Positions 9,781 through 21,826 of a stretch of 32,100 nt of DNA are shown in pieces (within the stretch, counting starts at the first letter, position 1; every line of letters starts with the position of its first letter). Location of the stretch: the NCBI RefSeq assembly GCF_001194135.2, contig NC_068981.1, positions 44,328,955 through 44,361,054 of the forward strand, written 5' to 3'. Below the pieces are notes generated by a model that saw only the letters and a program-made list of their open reading frames with translations, was not told the DNA's origin and made no database searches. This stretch comes from Octopus bimaculoides (Eukaryota). The position numbers and the translations under genes were made by a program.

Positions 9781-12220
9781 AGTGTTTTCCTTTTTAATAA
9801 GAGGCTACTTTTCTCACTTTATCAGAATTACGTTCAGTAGGTATTATGTTTCAAGATTGCTTGTAGCTTTGGGCAACGATGAGTACTAATATATATATAC
9901 ATTCCAAAAAAGACATTTTAAACAAATTATGTGATGTTATGTTGTTATTTATTTGCATATTTTATAGCGGTTTGTACTGAAGAAAGTTCAATAATATGTT
10001 ATCCTGTTAGACTGATATTTGGCTTTCAAACAGATATACTGACAAAAATATCAGCTACAGTCAGATTTAGCATCATCATGATTCACTTGGAAAGAACATT
10101 AAAATTTTGTTTCAACTGAGGTAATATCGACGTGGAGAATAGTCCCAACGAAAATGACGAACATGAAGGCCATCTGGACTAGCGCTTATGCTGTACAATT
10201 TCTGTTGGTGAACGACACTGGTTCTTAGCTGCGTTTCCAATCTATATTTCATGATAACTCAAATTAAATCACTGAGCAGTTTAGATTAGATTTTGCTAAG
10301 TCCTTCGCCACATAACTACTAAGTTTTCTTTAAAAGTGTTGTAAAGAAATTGATAGCAGACAAGAAGTTCATTAAGTATGATTTTTAATTTCTCAATAGG
10401 TGCCATACGAGTGGGTTAACAAACGCTTTAATAACGGTAACCCTGCAGAATCTTAATTTTAATTTGTTTCTCCATTTAAACTGTTTCCTCCTTTTAAAAT
10501 GCTATCTTTACTAATGAAATATATTCATTTTAAATACATTAAGTCTTTCAAATAATTAAAAAGTTATTAAATTTATATACACTTCCATTCACTGAAAAAT
10601 GTACGCAATAATTGATGCTTATTAATTGGGCAAATTATTGAGTATCAGTACCATTTATTTTTAAAATATTTTATTTCGTATTCTATAAATTCAGTATACA
10701 TATAGTTAAATATTATCATTTAATTAAATGACTGCTGTATTAACAATGGTTCTAATGAAGGTGTGTTTCAATCATCATAATATATTTTTGTGGATTATGG
10801 TAAATAAATTTGGTAGCTATTTCTAGCAGGTAGAATAACCACATATTAGCTTCCATCATGTTTAAATATGCCTAAACATTTTAGCATTGTCTGTGGCAAA
10901 TATTAAAATTAGCAACATATATTTTATGTAATTTTATCCACAGTATTAACAAAACTTTTAAGAGAAAAATCTTAAGCAAAATTACCACATGCATAAAAGA
11001 GGTAGTAAAAATTATGATTTCGTAAATACTCTCTATACACTATGAGAAATGCTGTCATCCATGTATTTTGGTTTTCAATTTCATAATTGTTTTATACCAA
11101 CAAATATTTAAATGTCAAAATATCTGTATACGACAAAAAGGTGAATTGACCTATATACTGACTGAAAGTTTCGTAGTCTACATAGGTTAAAACGAAGTAG
11201 TTTCATGCAGTAAAAATAACTTTTAAAGAAATCAAAGTAGGTTTAAATTACGCTTAATTAGATGATTTTCTGAACGACATTTATAATAAACTGCCTCTCT
11301 TTCTATTATTTTCATGAAGATCCTCTATTTTCTTCCAGTTTTGACGTTTGTATGTTTTTATTTCGTCGCACTATCGAGTAAAAGGTTTTCCTGACGAAAA
11401 GGAAAATCACTTATTTTCCTTGTATATCTGAATTCAAGTGAAGAAATTTAATAAATTCATCCTTATTGTCTCCCTCGGATTAATAACCTTCATGATTCGT
11501 TCTTGCTGCTTGAATTTTAGCACTCAAGTCTTCTACCTTTGTTGATGTTGCAATGATAACGAGGTCAAGTATGTCCATAAGGATCACACAAAACCGCATA
11601 TTACCAAACGTTATATCATCGCTGACCTTATCGTGCCACAAAGTTACCTATCAACGATCGATACCGTTCCTAGAGTCTTTGACCCTGACCATTTTGTTTC
11701 TTCCTCGTAAAGACTATGGAACTAGCCTATGGGTAGATATGTCGAGCCAGGCAGTGTTAAGAATGTACTTTCACACAACATCGATTTTCTCTCCTTTTCT
11801 CTATATGTAGGGCTGCCTCCACAAGGCAGACATAAGCTGCTTTCTCTTCTCTCATGCCTCCATGGAAAGCTGGTCCCAGTTCGATGTACATAATCCTACC
11901 TAGATTTCGGTCATTCAGAAAAATGCTCCATATAAAGAGTTATTTCACTTCAAAGGTACGATAATACGAGACAATTTTCCCTATCAATGTTTACATTCGT
12001 AAAGATATGTGCATGAATACAATTGTGTTTCCAAGATTTTCTCTCAGTGAAAATGTCTATATTTTCTTTTAGTTCGTGCGTACAATTAACATTTTACGGT
12101 ACTATTAAAATATTTGAAATTATTAAAGAGACCGAAAGAATACCGTTAAACATGTTCTTCCGATGCGCCCGCAATTATGAACTCTAATTGAAATAAAATA
12201 AATGTAGGGTGAAGACTTAC

Positions 12221-12289
12221 AAATCATAGAAAGGCTACAGAAAAGCCTGCTAGACATATACAAGGTACATGTTTCAAGAAATAACAGGA
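12221..12289 (-). other. candidate 69-nt exon (coding status unknown)
   Basis: Minus strand acceptor TCTCTTTTCAG and donor TTT|GTAAGT; one open frame LLFLETCTLYMSSRLFCSLSMI. No homology recognised. Confidence 0.3.
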
Positions 12290-12511
12290 CTGAAAAGAGA
12301 CTGAATTTAAATACATATCTACTCGATGATATCCCTCAAGAAAACCATCTTATAGATTAAACAATCAACGGAGTAGCCACCCACAAAACAACATGACACC
12401 ATATATATTCTAAAAACAGGGTACGTGTCTCTGGCATATAACGCCAATCATATGCCATAACAGATACACAAACGCCGCTTAATACCGTAAGACAATTCAT
12501 ATTGCACTTAC

Positions 12512-12533
12512 TTTGGCTGTGGCTCAGAAAACG
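12512..12533 (-). other. candidate 22-nt exon
   Basis: Minus strand acceptor ATTTATGTTTTTCTCAG and donor AAA|GTAAGT; joins in frame to the 12221-12289 candidate. Confidence 0.3.
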
Positions 12534-12622
12534 CTGAGAAAAACATAAATCGTATGTACTGCTAGCAAAATTAACGTAGGATATAAGTAGAGTTCTATTT
12601 ATTTATATCATGTATGTAAATC

Positions 12623-12737
12623 CACATACATACACACAGATAAATACATGCATACACACATACATACATGCATGCATGCATGCATACATACATACATACA
12701 TACAAACATACATGCATACATACATACATACATACAT
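12623..12737. repeat. (CATA)n/(CATG)n tetranucleotide repeat
   Basis: Direct reading. Confidence 0.97.
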
Positions 12738-13034
12738 GTAAGCAGATGACAAATTCAGAGGAGCCACTGCACATGTTTGTGCGAATACGTCATCTAGTAG
12801 AATGTTTTCACCCTACAATTCAGATCTTCTTCATCACTTCATTTGCAACCTGCATTCTACATACTTTCACGTGATTATCTTCGAGTTTATCGTAACGGTG
12901 AGATGTATAACGCTTTCTGATTGGTTGCCCCTTAGCTGTCAACAGACAGTTACATGCGGTTTCATGAAGCATAAATACTTTTGAAACTTATGCTAGTCCT
13001 CCTCTACGTTCTGAATAACAACTGCATACACAGA

Positions 13035-13113
13035 AATACACACACGCACACACACACACACACACGCACACACACACACACACATATATATATATACACA
13101 CACACACACACAC

Positions 13114-13164
<51 letters not shown>

Positions 13165-13405
13165 CACATACACATATATATGTGTGTATACTTATGTATA
13201 TATATACACACACATACATATATATATGTATATGCATACACACACACATATATATACATATATATATACATATACATATATACAGACATAAATATATATA
13301 TATAAACGTTTGGGCTTGCATAGATTTGCTTATGTGTGAGTATTTATGTGTTTGTGTGTGTATGTGTGCGAGTGTATATGTGTGTGTGTATGTGTGTAGA
13401 TATAT
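13035..13405. repeat. compound (CA)n/(TA)n/(TG)n microsatellite field
   Basis: Direct reading; explains the ORF cluster at 12981-13412. Confidence 0.98.
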
Positions 13406-14529
13406 TATTTAATCAAAGTTGTTTAATATCACCGTTTATTTATTTCTTCGCACACATTATCACATTTCTACACATTTCATTTCACAGACTTATTTAATTA
13501 CTGCATACTGTGAACAATTTGCTTCTTTTTAGCATTTAAACTATTCCGATAATATAATTTAGCAAATTCACCACCCAGACTAATAGGTTTGGAAAACTTA
13601 GCTGCAGTTCAATTGATTGTCTACATTAACTCTTTGAAGTAGGCAACGTGTTTCCAAAGAGATATTTATCTAAAGAAATATTTCTGAAGAAATATAGTTT
13701 TGTACGTGTGGATCTCTATTTGATCGGTTTTTAAGGGGAGTTTCAATGCGTGTCTTCCGTAACACGTTCAGTATACTAGTCCATAATAAACACAAGTCTC
13801 ATTTAGCCGAGTAAGTAGAATGTTTAAATTTGATTTGATTTGTAATGAGTTCGTATTCTTATCTTCTGAATAATGCAGATTTGGTAAAATTAAGATTCTC
13901 TTGTATCGATTTTATCTGGGAATCAGAAAGCTATATATAGCATTACCATCAGTTAAAAGACATGATGCCATAAATACTATTGTTTCTCTAGAGTTTCAGA
14001 GTTTTAGACATGTTAGATTTCCACCTTTAAATATTATATGTTAATTGGATCACTTGGGCATGTATTTTAAAAATCTGTATTGATCAAATGAATGTTTCAC
14101 AATCCGATGTGAAGGGATTCAAATTATTGTGCTGTTTAGAACTGATACACGCATATTCGGTTAAAGGCATGTGCTACCACTCCAGAGTTCCGTCGCATTG
14201 AACGTTTCTTCAGATGTCTGCAATATAATAATGAATTGGCAGTGAATTATTACAGTATGAAAAGCATTGATTTACTTCGCGAAATCCCAAAAGTTATGGC
14301 GTGCACCTCGCCATATATAGTTTATTGAAAGTGAAATTGAAATTACACGTTTATTTCGCGGTTGGGACTTTACACTTCAAATTTTCAGAACGCACCTGAA
14401 GGCTTGTAAATCGCTGTAAATCTAACTCCTACAAGCTATCTGTTCTACCACAAATACCGAGTAGCTATCTCTCATTTGCCCCCCACACGTTCGTTTCCAT
14501 ACATATATTCATGGACACGAAGACGCATG

Positions 14530-14625
14530 CGCGCGCATACACACACACGCAGACACACACACACACACACGCACAGACGCACATATATATATGTATATGT
14601 AAATGTATGTGTGTCTATATATGCA
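14530..14625. repeat. degenerate (CA)/(TA)/(TG) microsatellite
   Basis: Direct reading. Confidence 0.9.
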
Positions 14626-15983
14626 TGGGTGTACAGGGTGGGCATAATGATAGGACACATTTTAAATGCTACTATTTTGGATTATAACGATGAAATAGAG
14701 TACCAAATATATTTATTACATAACGGTGTCATCATTATGGCAATCTGTATATAGTTTGCTGCAGTTCTTGAGTTATAAGTGATATAGTCATATCGAATTG
14801 CCGTTCTGGTGAAATATGTTGAAATATGTTTATACTCTATTTGAAGACAAGTGGTTTAGTAGAAGGTTGTATACAAAAAGTCGGTGAATAATAAAATTTA
14901 AGATTGAGAAATACATATAGTATCGAATTAGAGTATGAAACTTATTTCAATTTTAAAAGGTGCTTAGTCGGAGCATTTGAGAGAAAATGGAAGCGCATAG
15001 ACTGAAATTGGGGTAAAGATGCAACTCTGCATAGTAAGTTAATATGAACCAGTGTCCCTAACTTAATATTGGAATGTTAATTTCAATGTTTGCTTACAAT
15101 TAACAATTAATTCATTGAGTTGCTCTAATAGTTCTCTAAATTAGCTAAACAAAATCTCAGAGCTTCACATGAAAATAGTCTGCAGGTCCGTCTATTGCTT
15201 CGTAAATTGCAGTTCCCGCTGGTATAGACCAGTTTATATGACACCTTATATTGTCTGATTTCAAAGTAGAAAAATATATTCAGCCAGTGATGCAGAAAAT
15301 TAAAATTTTTCATTAACAAAGTAATGTTTATGAACATAGTTGCTTTTCTTGATCGGGTTATTTAGTATAAAATCCTTAGATTTTATTCTGTAGCATACCT
15401 AAATGAAGAAATTGTGTTAATCTTTACTTCAATGATGTGCTTTAACTATTAATACCAGAGTATAGCCTAATAAATATTTTCTTAAGTGGAAGACATTATA
15501 GACAAGTGGGAAAGACAGTACTTTCTTAAGTCCTTATGATCTTATCAGCAATGGTATATTACCTTGCTTCTTTTTGCCCTTGGCAAATAACTGTTATTTT
15601 CTCCTTCTTTTCCTTTCCTTCTTTCGCTTTCCTACTATTTGTTAGCTAAATTTCAGTGCCTGCCTATATATTCATTTATTGACTTAACTGTTTATTTATA
15701 ACGTTAATTTATTTCAACAATCTTCTGCTTCGTTAAATATCAACGAAATTTTTTTTCTCTTCTCTATTTCTTTTCTGCCTTTTTATCTTTATCACCTCTC
15801 TATAATTCTTTATATAGGTTACAAGACTTGCTTTATGTCTAATACTGTATTTAGAAGGATGCCCGATGTCATCAATGCATTTCGTTTCTAATCGACTAAT
15901 AATGGTAGTACTTAAGTATAATGTAATCATCTAGCCACTTGAAATATAAGAAACACGCGTATTCCATACATTTGAAATTACAT

Positions 15984-16061
15984 CTCTCTCTCTCTCTCTC
16001 TCTCTTATATATATATATATATGTATATATATACAGAGAAGGGAGAGAGTACGGGTGAGTG

Positions 16062-16102
<41 letters not shown>

Positions 16103-16111
16103 AATATATAC
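15984..16111. repeat. (TC)n-(TA)n-(CA)n compound microsatellite
   Basis: Direct reading. Confidence 0.95.
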
Positions 16112-16279
16112 AAAGCTGGTTGTTTTTCTTCTAGCGCTGACTTAAATTGCTCAAGCTGCTCGCAGTAGATCTCCTTTGTAATCGTTTAGTTTGTGTTGAA
16201 AAGTACAAAGTGGACTAAACATTTCATATCTCACCAAACAGATTACAACACCTTACATGAGTGAAGACTTCCTTTAACG

Positions 16280-16948
16280 TAGGCAGTTAATATTTTTATA
16301 GAGAACGTGTTTCTCGTCACCAGCCACTATTCAGTCCAACCAAGGTTCATTCGTGCAATGGGAGAGCAAAGAAGAGCAGACATTCAATCTCTGCACGCGA
16401 TTAGACGAGGAAAGTTTGTGAGGAACCCGTTGACCCATGTTGCTGACTTTTCCGATGGCATGCAGGTGTTGCTGCATGGTTGAATGATAAAAATCAAAGC
16501 TTCTCTGCTAGTTCCAAAGCAGTTATGATGGGATTTTTTTCCATCAGAGTTTGCAGGATGTCTCCTTCAACTTCTGCAGATCTTCCAGGACGTGTCTTGT
16601 CTTCTAAGCTGTAGTTTCTGTTTCGAAATTTCTGGAATCATTAGTGACACTGGCTCACGCTTATCATCCGATCCCCGCATACTGCATTGATATTCCTCGC
16701 ACTTTCTTTTGCGTTGTTGCCTTTATTGAACTCATAAAACAAAATATGCCGAATATCCTCCTTTGTCATTTCCATTATAGCTTTGAAAAAATAAACTATT
16801 AAATCGTACTGCACTCTTCAGAACTTGCACTATGAATAAGTACAAGATAAAATTATTACCTGTTTTTATAGCAAGTTGATGCAGGTAGTTTATCCCATCC
16901 CCCTCCGACCTTTAGCTCATGCAATTGAAAAAAAAGCGCATTATTTAT
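16280..16948 (-). mobile_element. truncated Tc1/mariner (mariner, DD34D-type) DNA transposon: left end plus 5' half of transposase
   Basis: 5' non-coding leader of ~170 nt beginning ATAAATAATGCGCTTTTT (probable partial TIR), then a mariner transposase frame that breaks off just after the first catalytic Asp. Confidence 0.9.
16283..16775 (-). pseudogene. mariner transposase pseudogene (N-terminal HTH domains to first D of DD34D)
   Basis: Manual translation from ATG at 16775: MEMTKEDIRHILFYEFNKGNNAKESARNINAVCGDRMISVSQCH**FQKFRNRNYSLEDKTRPGRSAEVEGDILQTLMEKNPIITALELAEKL*F, +1 frameshift, then HSTMQQHLHAIGKVSNMGQRVPHKLSSSNRVQRLNVCSSLLSHCTNEPWLD*IVAGDEKHVLYKN. RVPHKL matches WVPHEL and IVAGDEK matches IVTGDEKW. 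Confidence 0.92.
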
Positions 16949-17255
16949 ACATATATTTATTGCATATACACAGATAAAGAAACTATAGCAGTGGTCTGGA
17001 TTATGATGTTCCCATGTCTGGTTGGAAAAAAAAATGCATTACACTAACTCCATGAAATCTGTATTTTCAGATTATATCTGTGGGATGAAATGTGTTGCTC
17101 ATCAGTAGCAGTGCACCACTTATTTTATTTCTTCTATTCTTTCTCTTTCATGTGTTCCTTTTTTTCTTTTGTTGTTTCCTTTTCTATCTAAAACTTTGAT
17201 CATTTTGTCGGTTAAAAGAATTGCCATTTCATCTCACTTTTTGTACTTGAATACA

Positions 17256-17293
17256 AAACACATCTCAGAAACACATCTCAGAAACACATCTCA
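17256..17293. repeat. 13-bp tandem repeat x3 (AAACACATCTCAG)
   Basis: Two perfect units plus one 12-nt unit. Confidence 0.95.
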
Positions 17294-18151
17294 ATTTCTG
17301 TTTTGATGAATACCAATGTGTTTTTGCATGTGATTATAGCACCATTAAAATTATTCCCACCATACTGTTTACAATACATTTTATTGACTAAAGGTTTCGA
17401 TTTCAATAGCATTGAAATGGCACAGTAAATGTTATTCAACCACCTGTCATTCATTGATTTATTTTCACTTTTTGTCTTCCCCCTTGTTACTATAGTGGCC
17501 TCTGTTACTAAATAACTCTCTTTAGTAGCACCACTGTACAGATTACATACACAGCATCTAATAACAGTATCTAACATAAACATACTTATAACTCACAATA
17601 CGATGATTCGAAACCTCATTTCAATGTTTTTCAAGTTAGAGAGAAAGACAACACAAAACAAACCACCTACCATTTTCTCCAGCTAAAAGTTCCATTTGCA
17701 AAGCATCCATAAACGACAAATTGTAATAATGTGGCAAAGCGTTTTACATACACAATACACAAAATAACCAAAAAGTTATTCTGTATTGTGTTAAAAAACA
17801 ATTCATCGTGCATTATTGCAGTTTGTATTTCTATTGATTATGATATTATTTGCATTGATTCGAGTAGCAAGCATAAACCCATGAATTTTTCTCTCAGTGC
17901 CTAGTTGAATTTTCGAGGCAAATCACTTCGGTCAGACTGCCGTTGCTGTACAGCAATCATGTTATTATGGCACTGTCGAAATATTTACTTGTACGAAATT
18001 ACTAATGTTTACTTATCTATAATATGTCACTGCCAATAAATCCATTAACTTATTAATTACGCTTCGCCCAAGCTGAAATACTAAAACGGGGCTGGAGCCC
18101 CACACTATAGTACGGTATGTATCTACTATGTGTATCAGTACACAAATGATT

Positions 18152-18221
18152 ACACAAATGACTTCCGTTCACTAATATCGCAAGATACATAAATGACCTT
18201 CATTCACTAAAATCTCCAGAT
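18152..18221. repeat. degenerate 35-bp tandem duplication
   Basis: ACACAAATGACTTCCGTTCACTAATATCGCAAGAT versus ACATAAATGACCTTCATTCACTAAAATCTCCAGAT, 28/35 identical by manual count. Confidence 0.8.
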
Positions 18222-19275
18222 ATAAGTATTTACTTTGAAAGACAACAGTACGAATCACATTTATATATGATTATATACACACCACCAGTTACCTCATTAC
18301 CAAGGCGACAAAGTTATACACCATCTTAGCATACTTTCAGAGACGCACATCATATATTTTGAAACTATGTTTTTCATCCTAGTAATTCACGAATTATTTT
18401 ATCAATGCCAGAAGAAAGGAGTAATTTGTCAAAGGAGGAATTACAGGCAGCTGTAATCTCCAATGAACTATTATTGAAGTTTTATTAATGTTGCTATCCA
18501 CAAAACTTACATAAATAATAATAATACTTTCTGTTATACTGCTTTGTTCGAGACAATAGAATGATACACTGAAGTAAGCTCTTTCATTTAGTAACTGAAC
18601 TTACAAAATATACACGTTTGTTTGGGCATTTACTATACAAAAAGAAATCACGTATATTGAGAAAAACAGTGGATACCATCAGGGAGCACTGCTAACAGAA
18701 ATAGAATATCAACCTGAAACATTTTTGAAGAACAATGATAGAAATGTATAGGAGAACATACAGTAAGCATGAAAAGATAAAACCAACGACTGCGGTAATG
18801 CTTTTGAAACATGCGAAAATAAAGTCCATAAAACATTATTTTTCATTTAGTTTTTGGCGAAAATGTGTGAACACTAATTTAATGTCTACAAAATGTCAAA
18901 TATAGGTGACAAAATCTGAATCTGTAAATTACTGTATTGTCTATGCTAGGGCAGGTTAACTGAATATATCATTCTTCGGCATATTAGGAAAGTGTTCAGC
19001 AGAATTAGTAAAATGCCGCATGTAATAGATTGGAATATTTAGTTACTTGTTTTTATACGTTCCATCTCCCAATTACGTCTTTTCAAATTTCTCTTCCATT
19101 CCTCTTCTGTCGATATAATAAGAATCTTTGATGTGCTAGAGTCGATATTAATACAAGTATTCTCACCCAATATTTGAGTCTCTGTATCTTTATTAGGATT
19201 AATTTATATTGGCTATAACCAAATTATGACATTATACAGCTCAACGTACAAAATGTTGATTTCGGCAATATATAT

Positions 19276-19276
<1 letters not shown>

Positions 19277-19361
<85 letters not shown>
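19277..19361. repeat. (CA)n microsatellite
   Basis: Direct reading; runs into the gap. Confidence 0.99.
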
Positions 19362-19623
19362 NNNNNNNNNNNNNNNNNNNNNNNNNNNNNNNNNNNNNNN
19401 NNNNNNNNNNNNNNNNNNNNNNNNNNNNNNNNNNNNNNNNNNNNNNNNNNNNNNNNNNNNNNNNNNNNNNNNNNNNNNNNNNNNNNNNNNNNNNNNNNNN
19501 NNNNNNNNNNNNNNNNNNNNNNNNNNNNNNNNNNNNNNNNNNNNNNNNNNNNNNNNNNNNNNNNNNNNNNNNNNNNNNNNNNNNNNNNNNNNNNNNNNNN
19601 NNNNNNNNNNNNNNNNNNNNNNN
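19362..19623. other. assembly gap (N run)
   Basis: Run of N between (CA)n and (TA)n. Confidence 0.99.
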
Positions 19624-20709
19624 ATATATATATACATATATATTTATATTTCAAGGTTTAAAATCTTTATATTTAAAAGAGATATTGACTTCGAACTCGA
19701 CAGATCCATATTCCATTTATTTACCATCCTATGTCAACATTTCTGTGCCCAAACCTATCCAGCGACTGATCCATTGGATGTCTGACGTTTGGCACTTCCA
19801 GAGGAATGGTTTACATCAGAACAAATTACGAAAAAACACACAAATAACGATCACAATGAATTATTAAATTATTAAAAGTTCGTTAGCTTCAAAATCCGCC
19901 ATATTTCTTCATGTTAGATATGTATATATAGGGGAGGTAACTCCTTATTTTTTTCTATTGTTACTGCTCTCCTGTGAATGTCTACTAGATTAATTAATTT
20001 AATTTAATTTTATTTGTTTATTTATTTATTAACTTATTTATTTATTTAGTTATTAACTTGGTTATTAATTTCTTTTTTAGTATATTTATTTTAAATTACT
20101 ATCAAGTATCCCCTATATGAAGACTATTTTTGTTGCCCCTAGAGGGTTCTCATGTCTATTATTCCCTTTTATATTATTATTGGGTCTCCTTACTTGGTTA
20201 AGAGAGATCCGTCCAGCCATCAATCCTCCTAGGAATCATTACAAGCTCCTTTACTAAAAAATTCAGTAATATTTCGATATATTACCATTCCGTGCTATTA
20301 TCATTCTTTTCTATGGGTTTCATACTAAGGCTTGAGCCTCATCTCTTCCTACTAAATGCTTAGTTATTTATTTTATTCTCAGTTCTTACTTAATTTCATA
20401 TCTACCCTTAATATAGTAGAGTCACGTAGTTACATTGTATTTAGAGATCAAACAATTGTTTGTGTTGCAGTGTACTATATTACCCGCTCCTTTCTTCTTA
20501 CTCATTTAATCTATACAGGTTGAGTGGATAAATTGTGGGTGGCTAGCTTGTTTTATTGCATAATTGTGAATGAATTTTTAAAAATCATTCTCGTAAGATA
20601 TATCAGGCTTGGTAGAAAATATCTGTGTGCATCTGTAGAAAGATGCTCCTAGGCATACAAGAAATACTCTAATAATTTGATATGAAATGCTTTCTCATCC
20701 CGATAAAAT

Positions 20710-20769
20710 TTACTAACATTTAAAATGAATGTTTGGAATCTTACTAACATTTTAAATGAATGTTTGGAA
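20710..20769. repeat. 31-bp tandem duplication
   Basis: TTACTAACATTTAAAATGAATGTTTGGAATC followed by TTACTAACATTTTAAATGAATGTTTGGAA. Confidence 0.95.
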
Positions 20770-21029
20770 ATGAAACGTGTATGTAGTCAATATGTGAGAT
20801 TGCTAGATGAAGTCCAAACATCTGACAGTTTTATGTTGTCCATTCTTCCGAAATTTAGCTTTGATACACAATTACTTTTGTTTGTTCTAGAAAATTCAAT
20901 CGGATGACAATTATAAAATTATGCTTTCATAACATTAAATGCTGAACAGTTGATGAGATAGCATTTATATTCAGTGATAATATTCTATAATATTTTACTT
21001 GAAAACATCTACATGAACATCTATATAAA

Positions 21030-21060
21030 CTAGCGCGACCGACCCGTGAATATTTCACAG
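21030..21060 (-). mobile_element. Helitron-like 3' terminus (hairpin + CTAG, followed by T)
   Basis: Minus strand CTGTGAAATATTCACGG (hairpin), 10-nt spacer GTCGGTCGCG, then CTAG and T. This fits the canonical Helitron 3' end: palindrome ~10-12 nt before CTRR, insertion between A and T. 5' end not located. Confidence 0.55.
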
Positions 21061-21229
21061 AATTAATGGTAAAGCTACTGGGTTATTTCTGACAACTTTA
21101 TCCAGGAAACCTGAAATCGTTGCCTATGTTGTGTCTGTGTGGAAAGATATTCACTCATCTGCTACTCATCGAAAAGTGAAAAAAATTGGAATACGATGAT
21201 TACTTAATGCACTATATATATATATATAT

Positions 21230-21341
21230 NNNNNNNNNNNNNNNNNNNNNNNNNNNNNNNNNNNNNNNNNNNNNNNNNNNNNNNNNNNNNNNNNNNNNNN
21301 NNNNNNNNNNNNNNNNNNNNNNNNNNNNNNNNNNNNNNNNN
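21230..21341. other. assembly gap (N run) flanked by (TA)n and (TG)n
   Basis: Run of N. Confidence 0.99.
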
Positions 21342-21381
<40 letters not shown>

Positions 21382-21664
21382 TGTGTGTGTGTGTGTGTGT
21401 GTGTATAAATACACTTTATATACTTTATGCACAATTTTATTGACTTAATACACAGCACTCATAAAATAAATATTCACACTTATTGTTTCATTCACCCCAC
21501 CACTAAAATATCCCGTACATATGATACAACCTTTAGCAAAGTGCATATATCTGCCACATAAATTAGCGTGAATAATTCACGGAATTGCACTTATTCACAT
21601 GCATTATGTGATTGGGGATATAAAATATGTAGTTCAAGAAAAAAAATTTCTTCTCACTATCCAA

Positions 21665-21826
21665 TCACCACCACTCTCACCAACACCACTACCACCACCC
21701 CACCACAACTGCCACCACCACAACCACCACAATCACCACCACCACCATTACCATCTCCACCACCATCATCATCTCTCTCCCTCTCTCTCCCTTCTCTTTC
21801 TCTCTCTTCTCTCTCTGCCTTTCTTT
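21665..21826. repeat. degenerate (CAC/CAT)n followed by (CT)n low-complexity tract
   Basis: Direct reading; explains the Pro/His/Thr-rich ORFs at 21568-21895. Confidence 0.93.

Noticed and set aside
11430-11900. GC-richer segment that might be an old retroelement coding fragment
   Set aside because: The minus-strand frames I translated are interrupted by stops and show no recognisable RT, gag or endonuclease motif.
17256-20769. Short tandem repeats (13, 35 and 31 bp) as CRISPR-like arrays
   Set aside because: Only 2-3 adjacent units with no spacers, in animal DNA; these are ordinary slippage duplications.
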